Translations under genes and position numbers: made by a program
In this document: positions 33,067 to 42,556 of the stretch, piece after piece
Layout of the letters: each line of letters starts with the position of its first letter
Position numbering within the stretch: the stretch's first letter is position 1
NCBI GenBank assembly: GCA_045646345.1
Contig: JAZRKN010000001.1
Location: 233,531 to 297,530, forward strand
Direction of reading: 5' to 3'
Length of the DNA stretch: 64,000 nucleotides
DNA from: Candidatus Scatovivens sp.
Lineage (GTDB): Bacteria; Bacillota; Clostridia; TANB77; CAG-508
The notes under the pieces: generated by a model
What the model was told of the DNA's origin: nothing
The model's input: the letters and a program-made list of their open reading frames with translations, nothing else
Database searches by the model: none

Positions 33067-33777
33067 CTATATCTCAAACAAATCAAATTTTAAATAATCC
33101 GAACTAATTAATTTGTAATCAATTCCATTTATTATCCCTTCAACAGCATCTTTATGAGATTCACCATGTAAATGTCCATAAAAACATTTTGAAATATTAT
33201 TATCTTTTAATGTTTTTATAAAATCTATTTCTTCTGGGATTAAAACTTCTTTATAAAATGGTGGATAATGAATAAACGCAATCATTTCTTTCATTTCACC
33301 AAATTGTTTTTTACCACTATTTATAGAAAGCTTTAATCTATCATTTTCTCTTTTTAATATTTTATAATTATCTTGAGATTTCCAAGTATTTAACCACCCT
33401 CTTGTTCCAACTATAATTTTATCCTCTATTAAGTATGAATTATTATAAAGAAAATCTATATTATCAAAATTATTCTCTTTTAAAAATTTTCTCATACTCG
33501 TTAAAGTTGTCCACCAATAGTCATGATTCCCTTTCGATAATATTTTCTTACCTGGAAGACTACATAAAAATTCAAAATCTTTATATGTTTCTTCCAAATA
33601 TGTAGCCCATGAAAAATCACCCGGTAAAATAACAGTATCGTCTTCTTTTACTTTTTTCTCCCAGTTCTCTCTTATTTTTTCGGCATGATTTTCCCAGTTA
33701 TTACCAAATATATCCATTGGTTTATTAGTTGAAAAAGATAGGTGTAAATCTCCAATCACATATATTGACATACACAT
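33067..33777 (-). CDS. Calcineurin-like metallophosphoesterase
   Basis: GDLHLS, PGDFSW, KGNHDYWW, HYPP, YGHLH. Confidence 0.9.
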   Translation of the reverse strand: MCMSIYVIGDLHLSFSTNKPMDIFGNNWENHAEKIRENWEKKVKEDDTVILPGDFSWATYLEETYKDFEFLCSLPGKKILSKGNHDYWWTTLTSMRKFLKENNFDNIDFLYNNSYLIEDKIIVGTRGWLNTWKSQDNYKILKRENDRLKLSINSGKKQFGEMKEMIAFIHYPPFYKEVLIPEEIDFIKTLKDNNISKCFYGHLHGESHKDAVEGIINGIDYKLISSDYLKFDLFEI

Positions 33778-33782
33778 CTCCT

Positions 33783-33965
33783 TTATAATCTTTTTATAGG
33801 ATCATCATTTTCTTCTTCAAAATCTTGATTTATTTTATTTTCATAGTTTGAATTGTTCTTGTTATTTTTTGAATTTGTTAAGAAAAAATATATTATTGTT
33901 GAAAACATTATAAATCCAACCATTGCATTTATTGCAATATTAAATAGTTCAATTATAGACTCCAT
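33783..33965 (-). CDS. Small single-TM protein
   Basis: GGAG RBS, hydrophobic N-half, acidic tail. Confidence 0.65.
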   Translation of the reverse strand: MESIIELFNIAINAMVGFIMFSTIIYFFLTNSKNNKNNSNYENKINQDFEEENDDPIKRL

Positions 33966-33979
33966 TTTTATTCTCCTTC

Positions 33980-34354
33980 TTAAACAAATTTTATAGGATT
34001 ATCACTAGAACTATCATCGTTATAATCTTCACTTGTATTGTTATTTCCAATTACAGTTTTTTCTATTTTTTTATTCATTGTAACTGTATATTTTTTACAA
34101 TCATCAGCTTGAGTTGATTGTAACGTTGGATCTTTTATATCCACATTATCTGGAACCATAATATTTTTTACATTTTCATTAGAAGAATAATCATCAAGAC
34201 TTTCTATTTCTTTTATCAAATTATTTTTCATTGGTTCTTCGTTTTTTAATGAATCCATTCTGTGCAAATTCATTATATAACAAAGCATCACTCCCATTAT
34301 AATAGCAAGTAACAAAAAAACTATATCAATCATTTGTATCTCTCCTTTATTCAC
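33980..34354 (-). CDS. Small single-TM protein
   Basis: N-terminal TM helix, low-complexity acidic tail. Confidence 0.65.
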   Translation of the reverse strand: MNKGEIQMIDIVFLLLAIIMGVMLCYIMNLHRMDSLKNEEPMKNNLIKEIESLDDYSSNENVKNIMVPDNVDIKDPTLQSTQADDCKKYTVTMNKKIEKTVIGNNNTSEDYNDDSSSDNPIKFV

Positions 34355-35342
34355 CTATTTTTAAATTAGGAATAGCATTTAATTTCATATCCGCTCTTTC
34401 TTCATTTGTATAATTATAATACCCAGCGGCAGCTATCATTGCTGCATTATCCGTACAAAGAATTGGTTCTGGATAATATACTTTTATACCTAATTCTTCA
34501 GCTAACTTATCAAACGAACTTCTTATATATGAATTTCTAGAAACCCCACCTGCAATAACAATTTTATCTGATGAAAATTGTTTTACCGCTTTTCTTACAT
34601 TAGATGTTAACATCTCCGTAACAGCTTCTTGGAAACTTGCACATAAATCCGCTTTATCAATATTGGGATCTTTATGATTCAAGTTTATAACAGCAGTTTT
34701 TATTCCGCTAAAACTAAAATCTAAATTATCAAAATGTGTTACTGGTAATTTTATTGTCGGTTTTCCTTGTTTTGCTAAATTATCAACTTTAGGTCCTCCT
34801 GGATAACCAAGACCAACAACTCTTGCAACCTTGTCAAAAGCTTCTCCTATTGCATCATCTCTTGTTTTTCCTAAAATTTCAAATTCATTATAAGATTTAA
34901 CATTTACCAAGTGAGTATGTCCACCTGATATAATTAAACAAATAAATGGTGGTTTTAATTCACTATGTGTTAAATAATTTCCAGCTATATGACCTTCAAT
35001 ATGATTTACTGCAACTAATGGTTTTCCTGTCACATAACTTAAACCTTTACTATAAGAAACTCCAACTAGCAATGCTCCGACCAATCCTGGTCCTTGAGTT
35101 ACAGCAATTGCATCTATATCGTCTAAAGTTACATTTGCTTCTTTTAAAGACTCTTTCATAATTCCATTTATAACTTCCGTGTGACATCTTGATGCAATTT
35201 CAGGAACTACTCCACCATATTCTTCATGTATTTTTATTTGAGAATTTATACAATTCGATAAAACCTCCCTACCATTTTTTACAATGGCTACAGAAGTTTC
35301 ATCACAACTTGATTCAATTCCCATTATTAAAACATCTTTCAA
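34347..35342 (-). CDS. tsaD: tRNA t6A synthesis protein TsaD
   Basis: [40 protein letters not shown]. Confidence 0.97.
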   Translation of the reverse strand: MKDVLIMGIESSCDETSVAIVKNGREVLSNCINSQIKIHEEYGGVVPEIASRCHTEVINGIMKESLKEANVTLDDIDAIAVTQGPGLVGALLVGVSYSKGLSYVTGKPLVAVNHIEGHIAGNYLTHSELKPPFICLIISGGHTHLVNVKSYNEFEILGKTRDDAIGEAFDKVARVVGLGYPGGPKVDNLAKQGKPTIKLPVTHFDNLDFSFSGIKTAVINLNHKDPNIDKADLCASFQEAVTEMLTSNVRKAVKQFSSDKIVIAGGVSRNSYIRSSFDKLAEELGIKVYYPEPILCTDNAAMIAAAGYYNYTNEERADMKLNAIPNLKIGE

Positions 35343-35359
35343 TTTTTTCTCCTTATATT

Positions 35360-36106
35360 TTATAAAAATAATCCTACTATAAAATCTACACCTATAAAAA
35401 CTATATTTGACACAAATTCAATTACTGGTGCTACTATGATTTCTAAAAAACCAAAAATCCATAATATCATAAATACCATATATAATGTTTGATAGTTTTC
35501 TGTAAGCCATACTTGAGCTCTGTATGGTAATAAATTTCTAAATATTTTTTCACCATCAAGTGGAGGTAACGGAAGTAAATTAAATACTCCAAGTCCAATA
35601 TTTACTGTTATTAACATTGATAATAAAGCCATTCCTATTGCCCCAAAAGTTGAAGTAGCATACATTCCACCTGTTAATTCATATATTATTGAATAAGCAA
35701 AGCAACATACAATTGCTATAAAGAAATTCATTAAAGGACCAGCTAAAGATACCATTGCTTCACAGAACCCTCTAGATTTGTTTGAATTAAAATTTGTCGG
35801 ATTTATTTGAACAGGTTTCCCCCATCCAATATGAGCAAACATCATTAAGAAAAATCCAAACCAATCTAAATGAGATATAGGATTTAATGTTAGTCTTCCC
35901 TGATTTCTTGGCGTTGTATCACCTAATCTATCTGCAGCAAAAGCATGAGCAAATTCATGAAATGTTATTGCAATTATTACCGCAGGTAATGTTAATAATA
36001 AATATAGCCATTCTCCAGACCCCATACTCATTAGTGAAAATATTACTAATGCTATAATTACTCCATTTATAACTTTTTGATTAACTCCGTTGTATCCAAA
36101 AAACAT
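35360..36106 (-). CDS. Site-2 protease (M50)
   Basis: [23 protein letters not shown]; multiple TM helices. Confidence 0.92.
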   Translation of the reverse strand: MFFGYNGVNQKVINGVIIALVIFSLMSMGSGEWLYLLLTLPAVIIAITFHEFAHAFAADRLGDTTPRNQGRLTLNPISHLDWFGFFLMMFAHIGWGKPVQINPTNFNSNKSRGFCEAMVSLAGPLMNFFIAIVCCFAYSIIYELTGGMYATSTFGAIGMALLSMLITVNIGLGVFNLLPLPPLDGEKIFRNLLPYRAQVWLTENYQTLYMVFMILWIFGFLEIIVAPVIEFVSNIVFIGVDFIVGLFL

Positions 36107-36269
36107 TTAATTTCCTCCTTAGTTCTCATTTTAAGTTTTTACAATTCGTATTTTTTTACTCACATATTATACCAATTTTTCATTTATTTTTCAATGAAAT
36201 TCTCTATATTTTTTCTAAAAAATAAAAGAAAGCAGATATTATTCTGCTCTCTTTTTATTTTATTTTTTA

Positions 36270-37772
36270 TTAATTTAATGGTTTCATTGTTGGGAATAAA
36301 ATTACATCTCTAATTGATGCTGAATCAGTTAATAACATAACCAATCTATCAATTCCAATTCCCATTCCACCTGTTGGTGGTAATCCGTATTCTATAGCAA
36401 CACAGAAATCTTCATCCATGTCATTTGCTTCTTCGTCTCCAGCTTCTTTTTGTTTGATTTGTTCAACAAATCTATCTCTTTGATCAATTGGATCATTTAA
36501 CTCTGAATAAGCATTTCCATATTCACGTCCACCAATGAATAATTCAAATCTTTCAACTAATCTCTTATCAGATGGTTTTCTCTTTGTTAATGGAGATACT
36601 TCAACTGGATAATCACATATAAATGTTGGTTGAATTAATGTTTCTTCAACAAATTCTTCAAAGAATGCATTTATAATATAACCTCTTGTTTGTTTTGAGT
36701 CATCTACTTCAACATGTTTTTCTTTAGCAATAGCAATTGCTTCTTCGTCTGTGTTAATTTCATTAAAATCAACACCAGTTACTTCTTTGATAGCTGTTAT
36801 CATCGGAACTCTTCTCCAAGCTGATTCTAAATCAATATCTAAACCTTGGTAATTAATTTTTGCTGTTCCTAAGCATTTTTCAGCAACTGTTCTAATCATG
36901 TTTTCTGATAAATCCATCATATCATTGTAATCTTGATATGCAGCATAGAACTCAATTCCTGTATATTCTGGGTTATGTTTAATATCCATTCCTTCATTTC
37001 TAAACATTCTTCCCATTTCATATACTCTATCAAATCCACCAACTATTAATCTTTTCAAATATAATTCGTTAGCAATTCTTAAATACATATCTAAATCTAA
37101 TGTATTGTGATGTGTAATGAATGGTCTTGCGTTAGCTCCACCGGCTATTGTGTTTAATATTGGTGTATCAACTTCTAAATATCCTTCATTATCTAAGTAA
37201 TTTTTAATTTCTTTTAAAATTTTACTTCTTAAAAGGAATGTTTCTTTTACTTCTGGATTTACAATCAAATCTACATATCTTTGTCTATATCTTAAATCTA
37301 TATCTTTTAAACCATGAAATTTTTCTGGTAAATCTCTTAATGATTTTGTAAGAAGAACAACTTCTTTTGCATGTATAGAGATTTCTTCAGTTTTTGTTTT
37401 GAAAACAAATCCTTTAATTCCAATGATATCTCCTATATCATATGTTTTGAAAGCTTTATAACTTTCTTCACCTAAATCATTTATACTAACATAACTTTGA
37501 ATTCTTCCTTGGCTATCTTGAATTGTAACAAAAGATGCTTTTCCCATGATTCTTTTGGCCATAATTCTACCAGCTACAGAAACATCTTTACCTTCAAATG
37601 CATCATAGTTATTTTTGATATCCATTGATTGCTCAGTTCTGTCGTATTTTGTGATTTCAAAAGGATCTTTACCAGCATCTTGAAGTTCTTTTAATTTATC
37701 AATTCTAACTTGCATTAATCTGTTAATATCCTCTTCAGTTTGAATTATTTCATTATTTTCATTTTCGTTCAT
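36270..37772 (-). CDS. lysS: Lysyl-tRNA synthetase (class II)
   Basis: [30 protein letters not shown]. Confidence 0.98.
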   Translation of the reverse strand: MNENENNEIIQTEEDINRLMQVRIDKLKELQDAGKDPFEITKYDRTEQSMDIKNNYDAFEGKDVSVAGRIMAKRIMGKASFVTIQDSQGRIQSYVSINDLGEESYKAFKTYDIGDIIGIKGFVFKTKTEEISIHAKEVVLLTKSLRDLPEKFHGLKDIDLRYRQRYVDLIVNPEVKETFLLRSKILKEIKNYLDNEGYLEVDTPILNTIAGGANARPFITHHNTLDLDMYLRIANELYLKRLIVGGFDRVYEMGRMFRNEGMDIKHNPEYTGIEFYAAYQDYNDMMDLSENMIRTVAEKCLGTAKINYQGLDIDLESAWRRVPMITAIKEVTGVDFNEINTDEEAIAIAKEKHVEVDDSKQTRGYIINAFFEEFVEETLIQPTFICDYPVEVSPLTKRKPSDKRLVERFELFIGGREYGNAYSELNDPIDQRDRFVEQIKQKEAGDEEANDMDEDFCVAIEYGLPPTGGMGIGIDRLVMLLTDSASIRDVILFPTMKPLN

Positions 37773-37911
37773 AGTATCAAACGCCCCTTTTTATTATATT
37801 TTGACTAAGTTATTATACACCAAAATAAATTTATTGTAAACCGCTTTTCAGTAAGAAAATTCGTTTTTTTCTAATTTTTAACTTACATACACTTATTTTT
37901 TTATTATTTTT

Positions 37912-40113
37912 TTATTCTGAAATTATTTTTTTTATAAATTCCCATGTTTCTTGCATTGATTTTATAGAAACTCTTTCTTTTGGACTATGTGCATCATATG
38001 CGTCTGCTCCAATACAAACATATTCCAAATCCTTAATTTTATATTTAAAAAATCCACCTTCTACAACACCTTGTGAAATTTTAAGTTCGATATCTTTATC
38101 AAAATTTTCTTTATATATTCTAGCACATTTTTTCACAAGTGATGATTCGTAATCGGGTTCAATACCTTTTAGTTCTTGTTGCCAAACTATTTTTATATCA
38201 TTTTCATTTTCAATTTTCTTTAAATTATCCAAATAACAATCTCTTAATTTTAAATCATTAGCTCTTAAAGAATATTCGAATCTAACACAGCTTTCATCTT
38301 CTCTTATTGCTGCCATATTAGCAGATAAAATAACATTATTATTTTCATCATATTCTATTGCACCATTTACAAAAGAATTCACAAAATTTATTATTTTATT
38401 GCTAATATCTTTTGAATATACTTTCGAATTTTCCTTAGAATCTTGTTGTATTAATTCTATTTTTCCGTCTTCTCCAAAAAACCTAATTTGTTTATTAACA
38501 TTTTCTTTTATTTTTTCATATTCATTTTCTAAAGTCCAAAAAACAATTTTAAAATCTCTAGGTATTACATTTACTCTGCTACCTCCACCAAGTGATTGAA
38601 TATATACATTATCTATTTTAGAAATAACTTCAATACCTAACTTTATTGGATTTCCTCTTTTTACATCCCCAATATTCCCTCCTGAGTGTCCACCCAAAAA
38701 TTCTGAATATCTTAGTTCATATTTTACTAAATTATTATTTTCTAATTTTATTTTCTCTGCTTCAATTTCTCCAAACCATTCCATACAATTTGCGGAACTT
38801 ATAACCATTTTTCCTTGTTTTCCATTATCAAGAGAAATTATTTTCTTAGTTTTTATTTGTTTTTCATCAATTTTTATAGCACCGATCATTGTAGTTTCTT
38901 CTTCTGTTGTAAATATACATTCTATACTTGGTCCCTTAATCTTATTTGAATCTAAAATTGCAAGCATATATGCAACACCAACTCCATTATCTGCCCCTAA
39001 AGTTGTACCATTTGCTTTTATAAAATCACCATCTTGATACAATTTAATCGGGTCTTTTGAAAAATCATGTATACTTCCTTCTACTTTTTCACAAATCATA
39101 TCTGTATGACCTTGGAAACCAATCATCTCTTTATTTTCAAATCCTGCGGATGCAGTTTTTCTTATAATTACATTATTATATTCATCTGTGTAATATTCTA
39201 AATTTCTTTTTTTAGCGAATTCTACTAAATAATCTCTTACTTTTTGCTCATTCCCTGACTCTCTTGGAATATCACTTATTTCTTTAAAAAATTTAATTAC
39301 TTCTTTTGGTTCATTCTCATCTATTACTAATTCTTTCATATTATTTTCCTCATAATTTATATATCTTTTTAAAAATTCTTTTGTCCTTGATTTTTGTGGT
39401 TTCTTTATAACTTTATCTGGTGTACCTTCTTCCACAATTACTCCACCATCCATGAATATAACTCTATCGGCAACTTCTTCTGCAAATTTAATTTCGTGAG
39501 TTACAATCACCATAGTTCTATTTTCCTTTGATAAATTCTTAATTGTTTTTAAAACTTCACCAACAAGTTCTGGGTCTAAAGCAGAAGTTGGTTCATCCAT
39601 ACAAATTATTTTTGGATTTATTGCTAAAACTCTTGCAATAGAAACTCTTTGTTTTTGTCCTCCTGATAAATCACATGGATAAGAATTTGCTTTATCTTTT
39701 AGTTCCATTTTTTCTAAAACTTCAGCTGCTCTTTTATCCGCTTCTTCTTTTGACATTTTTAAAACATTTACCAAACTTATTGTTATATTCTCTTTTACTG
39801 ATAAGTGTGGAAACAAATTAAAATCTTGAAATACCATTCCTGTATCTAAATTTATCTTGTTTAAAATATCTTTATTGTTATAGATAGGTTTGTTATTTTT
39901 ATATTCTTTTATCATTTCTTTTTCATTTATTATTATATTTCCTGAATTTATTTTTTCTAAATTATTTATGCATCTTAAAACAGTAGATTTTCCTGAACCA
40001 GAAGGTCCTAATATAACTAAAGTTTCCCCTTCTTTAACTGAAAAAGATACATCTTTTATCACTTCTATATTTCCATATTTTTTACTTAAATTTCTAACTT
40101 CTAAAACATTCAC
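37912..40113 (-). CDS. Polar amino acid ABC ATPase in frame with a PepD-like (M20C) Xaa-His dipeptidase
   Basis: N-part GPSGSGKST, LSGGQKQR, DEPTSALDPE; C-part QGHTDM, LGADNG, TTEEE, SLDNG, GGHSG, AHSPKE. Confidence 0.88.
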   Translation of the reverse strand: MNVLEVRNLSKKYGNIEVIKDVSFSVKEGETLVILGPSGSGKSTVLRCINNLEKINSGNIIINEKEMIKEYKNNKPIYNNKDILNKINLDTGMVFQDFNLFPHLSVKENITISLVNVLKMSKEEADKRAAEVLEKMELKDKANSYPCDLSGGQKQRVSIARVLAINPKIICMDEPTSALDPELVGEVLKTIKNLSKENRTMVIVTHEIKFAEEVADRVIFMDGGVIVEEGTPDKVIKKPQKSRTKEFLKRYINYEENNMKELVIDENEPKEVIKFFKEISDIPRESGNEQKVRDYLVEFAKKRNLEYYTDEYNNVIIRKTASAGFENKEMIGFQGHTDMICEKVEGSIHDFSKDPIKLYQDGDFIKANGTTLGADNGVGVAYMLAILDSNKIKGPSIECIFTTEEETTMIGAIKIDEKQIKTKKIISLDNGKQGKMVISSANCMEWFGEIEAEKIKLENNNLVKYELRYSEFLGGHSGGNIGDVKRGNPIKLGIEVISKIDNVYIQSLGGGSRVNVIPRDFKIVFWTLENEYEKIKENVNKQIRFFGEDGKIELIQQDSKENSKVYSKDISNKIINFVNSFVNGAIEYDENNNVILSANMAAIREDESCVRFEYSLRANDLKLRDCYLDNLKKIENENDIKIVWQQELKGIEPDYESSLVKKCARIYKENFDKDIELKISQGVVEGGFFKYKIKDLEYVCIGADAYDAHSPKERVSIKSMQETWEFIKKIISE

Positions 40114-40131
40114 TTTAACACCTCCTTTTTA

Positions 40132-40782
40132 TTAACTATAATACTCTAATCTTTTTTCTAACCTATTAAAAATAATTGAAACAAAAAATACTAAAATCAA
40201 ATAATATCCACCTGCTAAAACTAAAGGAATTATAGAAAAATTATAACTTGCTTGTTTTTGAGCTAAAGCAAACATTTCTGTAACTCCAATAATTTGTGCA
40301 AGTGATGTTGTTTTTAAAAGTGAAATAACTTCATTAGACATTGATGGCAAAATTATTTTTACTACCTGTGGCAAAGTTATTAAGAAAAAAGTTTGTACTT
40401 TATTAAAACCTAATGTATAAGCCGCTTCTTTTTGACCTTCTGGAATACTATTTATCCCACTTCTAAAAATTTCTGCAAAATATGCTGCATAATTAATTAC
40501 AAATGCTATTATTATTGCTAAAAATCTGTCATAACTAATTCCAAACATATAATATGGACAAAAATAAACAACAATTATTTGTAACATGATTGGAGTTCCT
40601 CTTATTAGTAGAATATATCCTTTAATAAAAAACGTTATTAACTTAAATTTTGAATTTCTTAAAACCGCTACTAAAATACCAAGCGGTATTGCAAATATAA
40701 ATGTTAAAACAAATATTTGAAGAGAAACTCCAATTCCAGAAAACAGTATTTTTGCAACATTTACTGTTTGCTCTAAATTCAT
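40132..40782 (-). CDS. Polar amino acid ABC permease (HisM/GlnP family)
   Basis: IRGTPIMLQ, AAYFAEIFRSG, GQKEAA. Confidence 0.93.
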   Translation of the reverse strand: MNLEQTVNVAKILFSGIGVSLQIFVLTFIFAIPLGILVAVLRNSKFKLITFFIKGYILLIRGTPIMLQIIVVYFCPYYMFGISYDRFLAIIIAFVINYAAYFAEIFRSGINSIPEGQKEAAYTLGFNKVQTFFLITLPQVVKIILPSMSNEVISLLKTTSLAQIIGVTEMFALAQKQASYNFSIIPLVLAGGYYLILVFFVSIIFNRLEKRLEYYS

Positions 40783-40783
40783 A

Positions 40784-41599
40784 TTACTTCACCTCATTTA
40801 TAATTATCATATCTTTCCCAAACCATTTGTTGGAAATTTCATCTAATTTTCCTTCTTTATTTAATTTTGTTAATGCGTTTTCAATTTTATCTTTTAATTC
40901 AGTATTTCCTTGTTTAAAAGCTATAACACTTCCGTTTGAAACAGTTATATTTTCAGATGGTACTGTTTCATAATCTTTATTCTTTGATGTTATTAAATAA
41001 TTTCCAATAATATTTGAACAGAATAACGCATCAATCCCTTCTGTTTCTAAATCCATAAATGCTGTTAAATTATCTCCATATTGAATTATTTCTACTGTTT
41101 TTCCAAATTCAGATTTTTCTAAATCTTGTGCTTGAATTGATCCTGTTTGAACACCAATTTTTTTACCAATCAATTCTTCTTGTGATTTTATCTCACTACC
41201 ATTTTTTAATATAAAATAATTTTCACCTTTTATATAAGGATTTGTTAATGTCATTGTTGCAGCTCTTTCTTCGTTATATGCAAATCCATTCCAAATACAA
41301 TCAATGTTTCCAGAACTTAATTCTTGTTCTTTTGAAGCCCAAGATATTGGTTGAAATTTAACTTCCATTCCTAATTCTTCAGCTACTGCTTTAGCTAAAT
41401 CTATATCAAATCCCACTATTTCATTGTTCTCATTTCTAAATCCCATTGGTGGAAAACTATCATCTAATCCAACTACCAATTCGTTTTCTTCATTTGAACT
41501 TTCTTGTTTATTCATTCCAACTATTCCAAAAACTATTATTAAAATTACAACTACTGCAATTATTCCTTTTACTATATTTTTCATATTAATTACCTCCAA
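40784..41599 (-). CDS. Polar amino acid ABC substrate-binding protein (likely histidine)
   Basis: GLDDSFPPMGF, GFDIDLA, ISNKWFG; specificity inferred from the upstream His leader. Confidence 0.88.
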   Translation of the reverse strand: MEVINMKNIVKGIIAVVVILIIVFGIVGMNKQESSNEENELVVGLDDSFPPMGFRNENNEIVGFDIDLAKAVAEELGMEVKFQPISWASKEQELSSGNIDCIWNGFAYNEERAATMTLTNPYIKGENYFILKNGSEIKSQEELIGKKIGVQTGSIQAQDLEKSEFGKTVEIIQYGDNLTAFMDLETEGIDALFCSNIIGNYLITSKNKDYETVPSENITVSNGSVIAFKQGNTELKDKIENALTKLNKEGKLDEISNKWFGKDMIIINEVK

Positions 41600-41745
41600 T
41601 TTTATTTTTTTAATTCTTAACTTTATATATTTTTTTAAATCAAAGTGAGAATTTTAAAAATTCCCTTTCTTTTTTATTCGAAATTGATTTTATTTTGCGC
41701 GCTATTTATAAAATCAATTTTCTTAACTTGTTCTTTTTGGTATAC

Positions 41746-41860
41746 AAAAAGAGCCTTAAAAGTATTCTAGATATAATCTAGTACCTTTAAGGCTCTTAAA
41801 AACAATAAAGGCACAAGCATCATCAAAAGCCTGTGCCTAATATATTCTAAGACACAAGCT
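41746..41860 (-). promoter_or_regulatory. Ribosome-dependent transcription attenuator
   Basis: Alternative pairings AGCTTGTGTCT:AGGCACAGGCT, AGGCACAGGC:GCTTGTGCCT, GTGCCTTTA:TAAAGGTAC; terminator GAGCCTTAAA...TTTAAGGCTC-TTTTT at 41746-41797. Confidence 0.85.
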
Positions 41861-41900
41861 ATTTTTTATGATGATGTTTGTTACCTTTTACTAAATTCAT
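41859..41900 (-). CDS. Histidine leader peptide MNLVKGNKHHHKK
   Basis: AAGGAG RBS; ATG AAT TTA GTA AAA GGT AAC AAA CAT CAT CAT AAA AAA TAG. Confidence 0.87.
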   Translation of the reverse strand: MNLVKGNKHHHKK

Positions 41901-41937
41901 AAAAAATAATTCTCCTTTGATTTTTTTCTATATTAAA

Positions 41938-41966
41938 ATGTTAGCATGATTTTTATAACTTGTCAA
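41938..41966 (-). promoter_or_regulatory. SigA promoter of the His leader/ABC operon
   Basis: TTGACA, 17 bp, TGc-TAACAT extended -10. Confidence 0.7.
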
Positions 41967-42130
41967 CATAATTTTTTATTTTTTCTCTTTTAGTGTTCCT
42001 TTCCCTTGCTACTGTTGCACTTTATGTCAAGTTGTGTTATAATATCAATATATACATTATAGAAAGGAGTTTGAATCTCGAAAAAATTGTAACCCATAAA
42101 CATTTTACCCGTTTCAACAGGAGGGTTTAT

Positions 42131-42487
42131 ATGAAAAGAAGACCTAGCAATTTGGTAACTAGCGACGAGGCACTTGAAATTGTAGAAAAAAGCATTAAAA
42201 GTGTCAACGATTTCTTCGAAATTGCCGGAGATGCATTCGGTGACTATGAAGAAAAAATCCAAGCACGCGAGTGTTTACAGGATCTAATTTCGGAGCTCAC
42301 ATGGAGATATGGAGCATCGAATGTACGTTTTAAATTTTCTCAAAAACGTAAGTTTTCTTCTCCAAAGATTCAACCGTTATCTAACATTCTGTTAGACGAT
42401 AATGATCATCCGCTTTGGATTGATAGAGTTTTCGTAGAAGAAAACTTCGGTGAAGGAGAATTCACCCGTGTATACATTCGCTTCTAG
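42131..42487 (+). CDS. Orphan hypothetical protein, about 118 aa
   Basis: GGAGG RBS before MKRRPSNL; upstream TGtTATAAT near 42035-42043; hairpin 42514-42557 shared with aspS. Confidence 0.6.
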   Translation: MKRRPSNLVTSDEALEIVEKSIKSVNDFFEIAGDAFGDYEEKIQARECLQDLISELTWRYGASNVRFKFSQKRKFSSPKIQPLSNILLDDNDHPLWIDRVFVEENFGEGEFTRVYIRF

Positions 42488-42556
42488 AGATTCACTTCTA
42501 GGAGTTTATATCCAAAAAACCGAAGGAGTTGGCTCATTTGCCAACTCCTTTTGGTT

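Noticed and set aside
37773-37911. T-box or lysine riboswitch before lysS
   Set aside because: Too short; no T-box motif
41680-41721. Extra hairpin AAATTGATTTTA...TAAAATCAATTT downstream of the attenuator as a separate ncRNA
   Set aside because: AT-only stem with no independent promoter; may just be part of the leader
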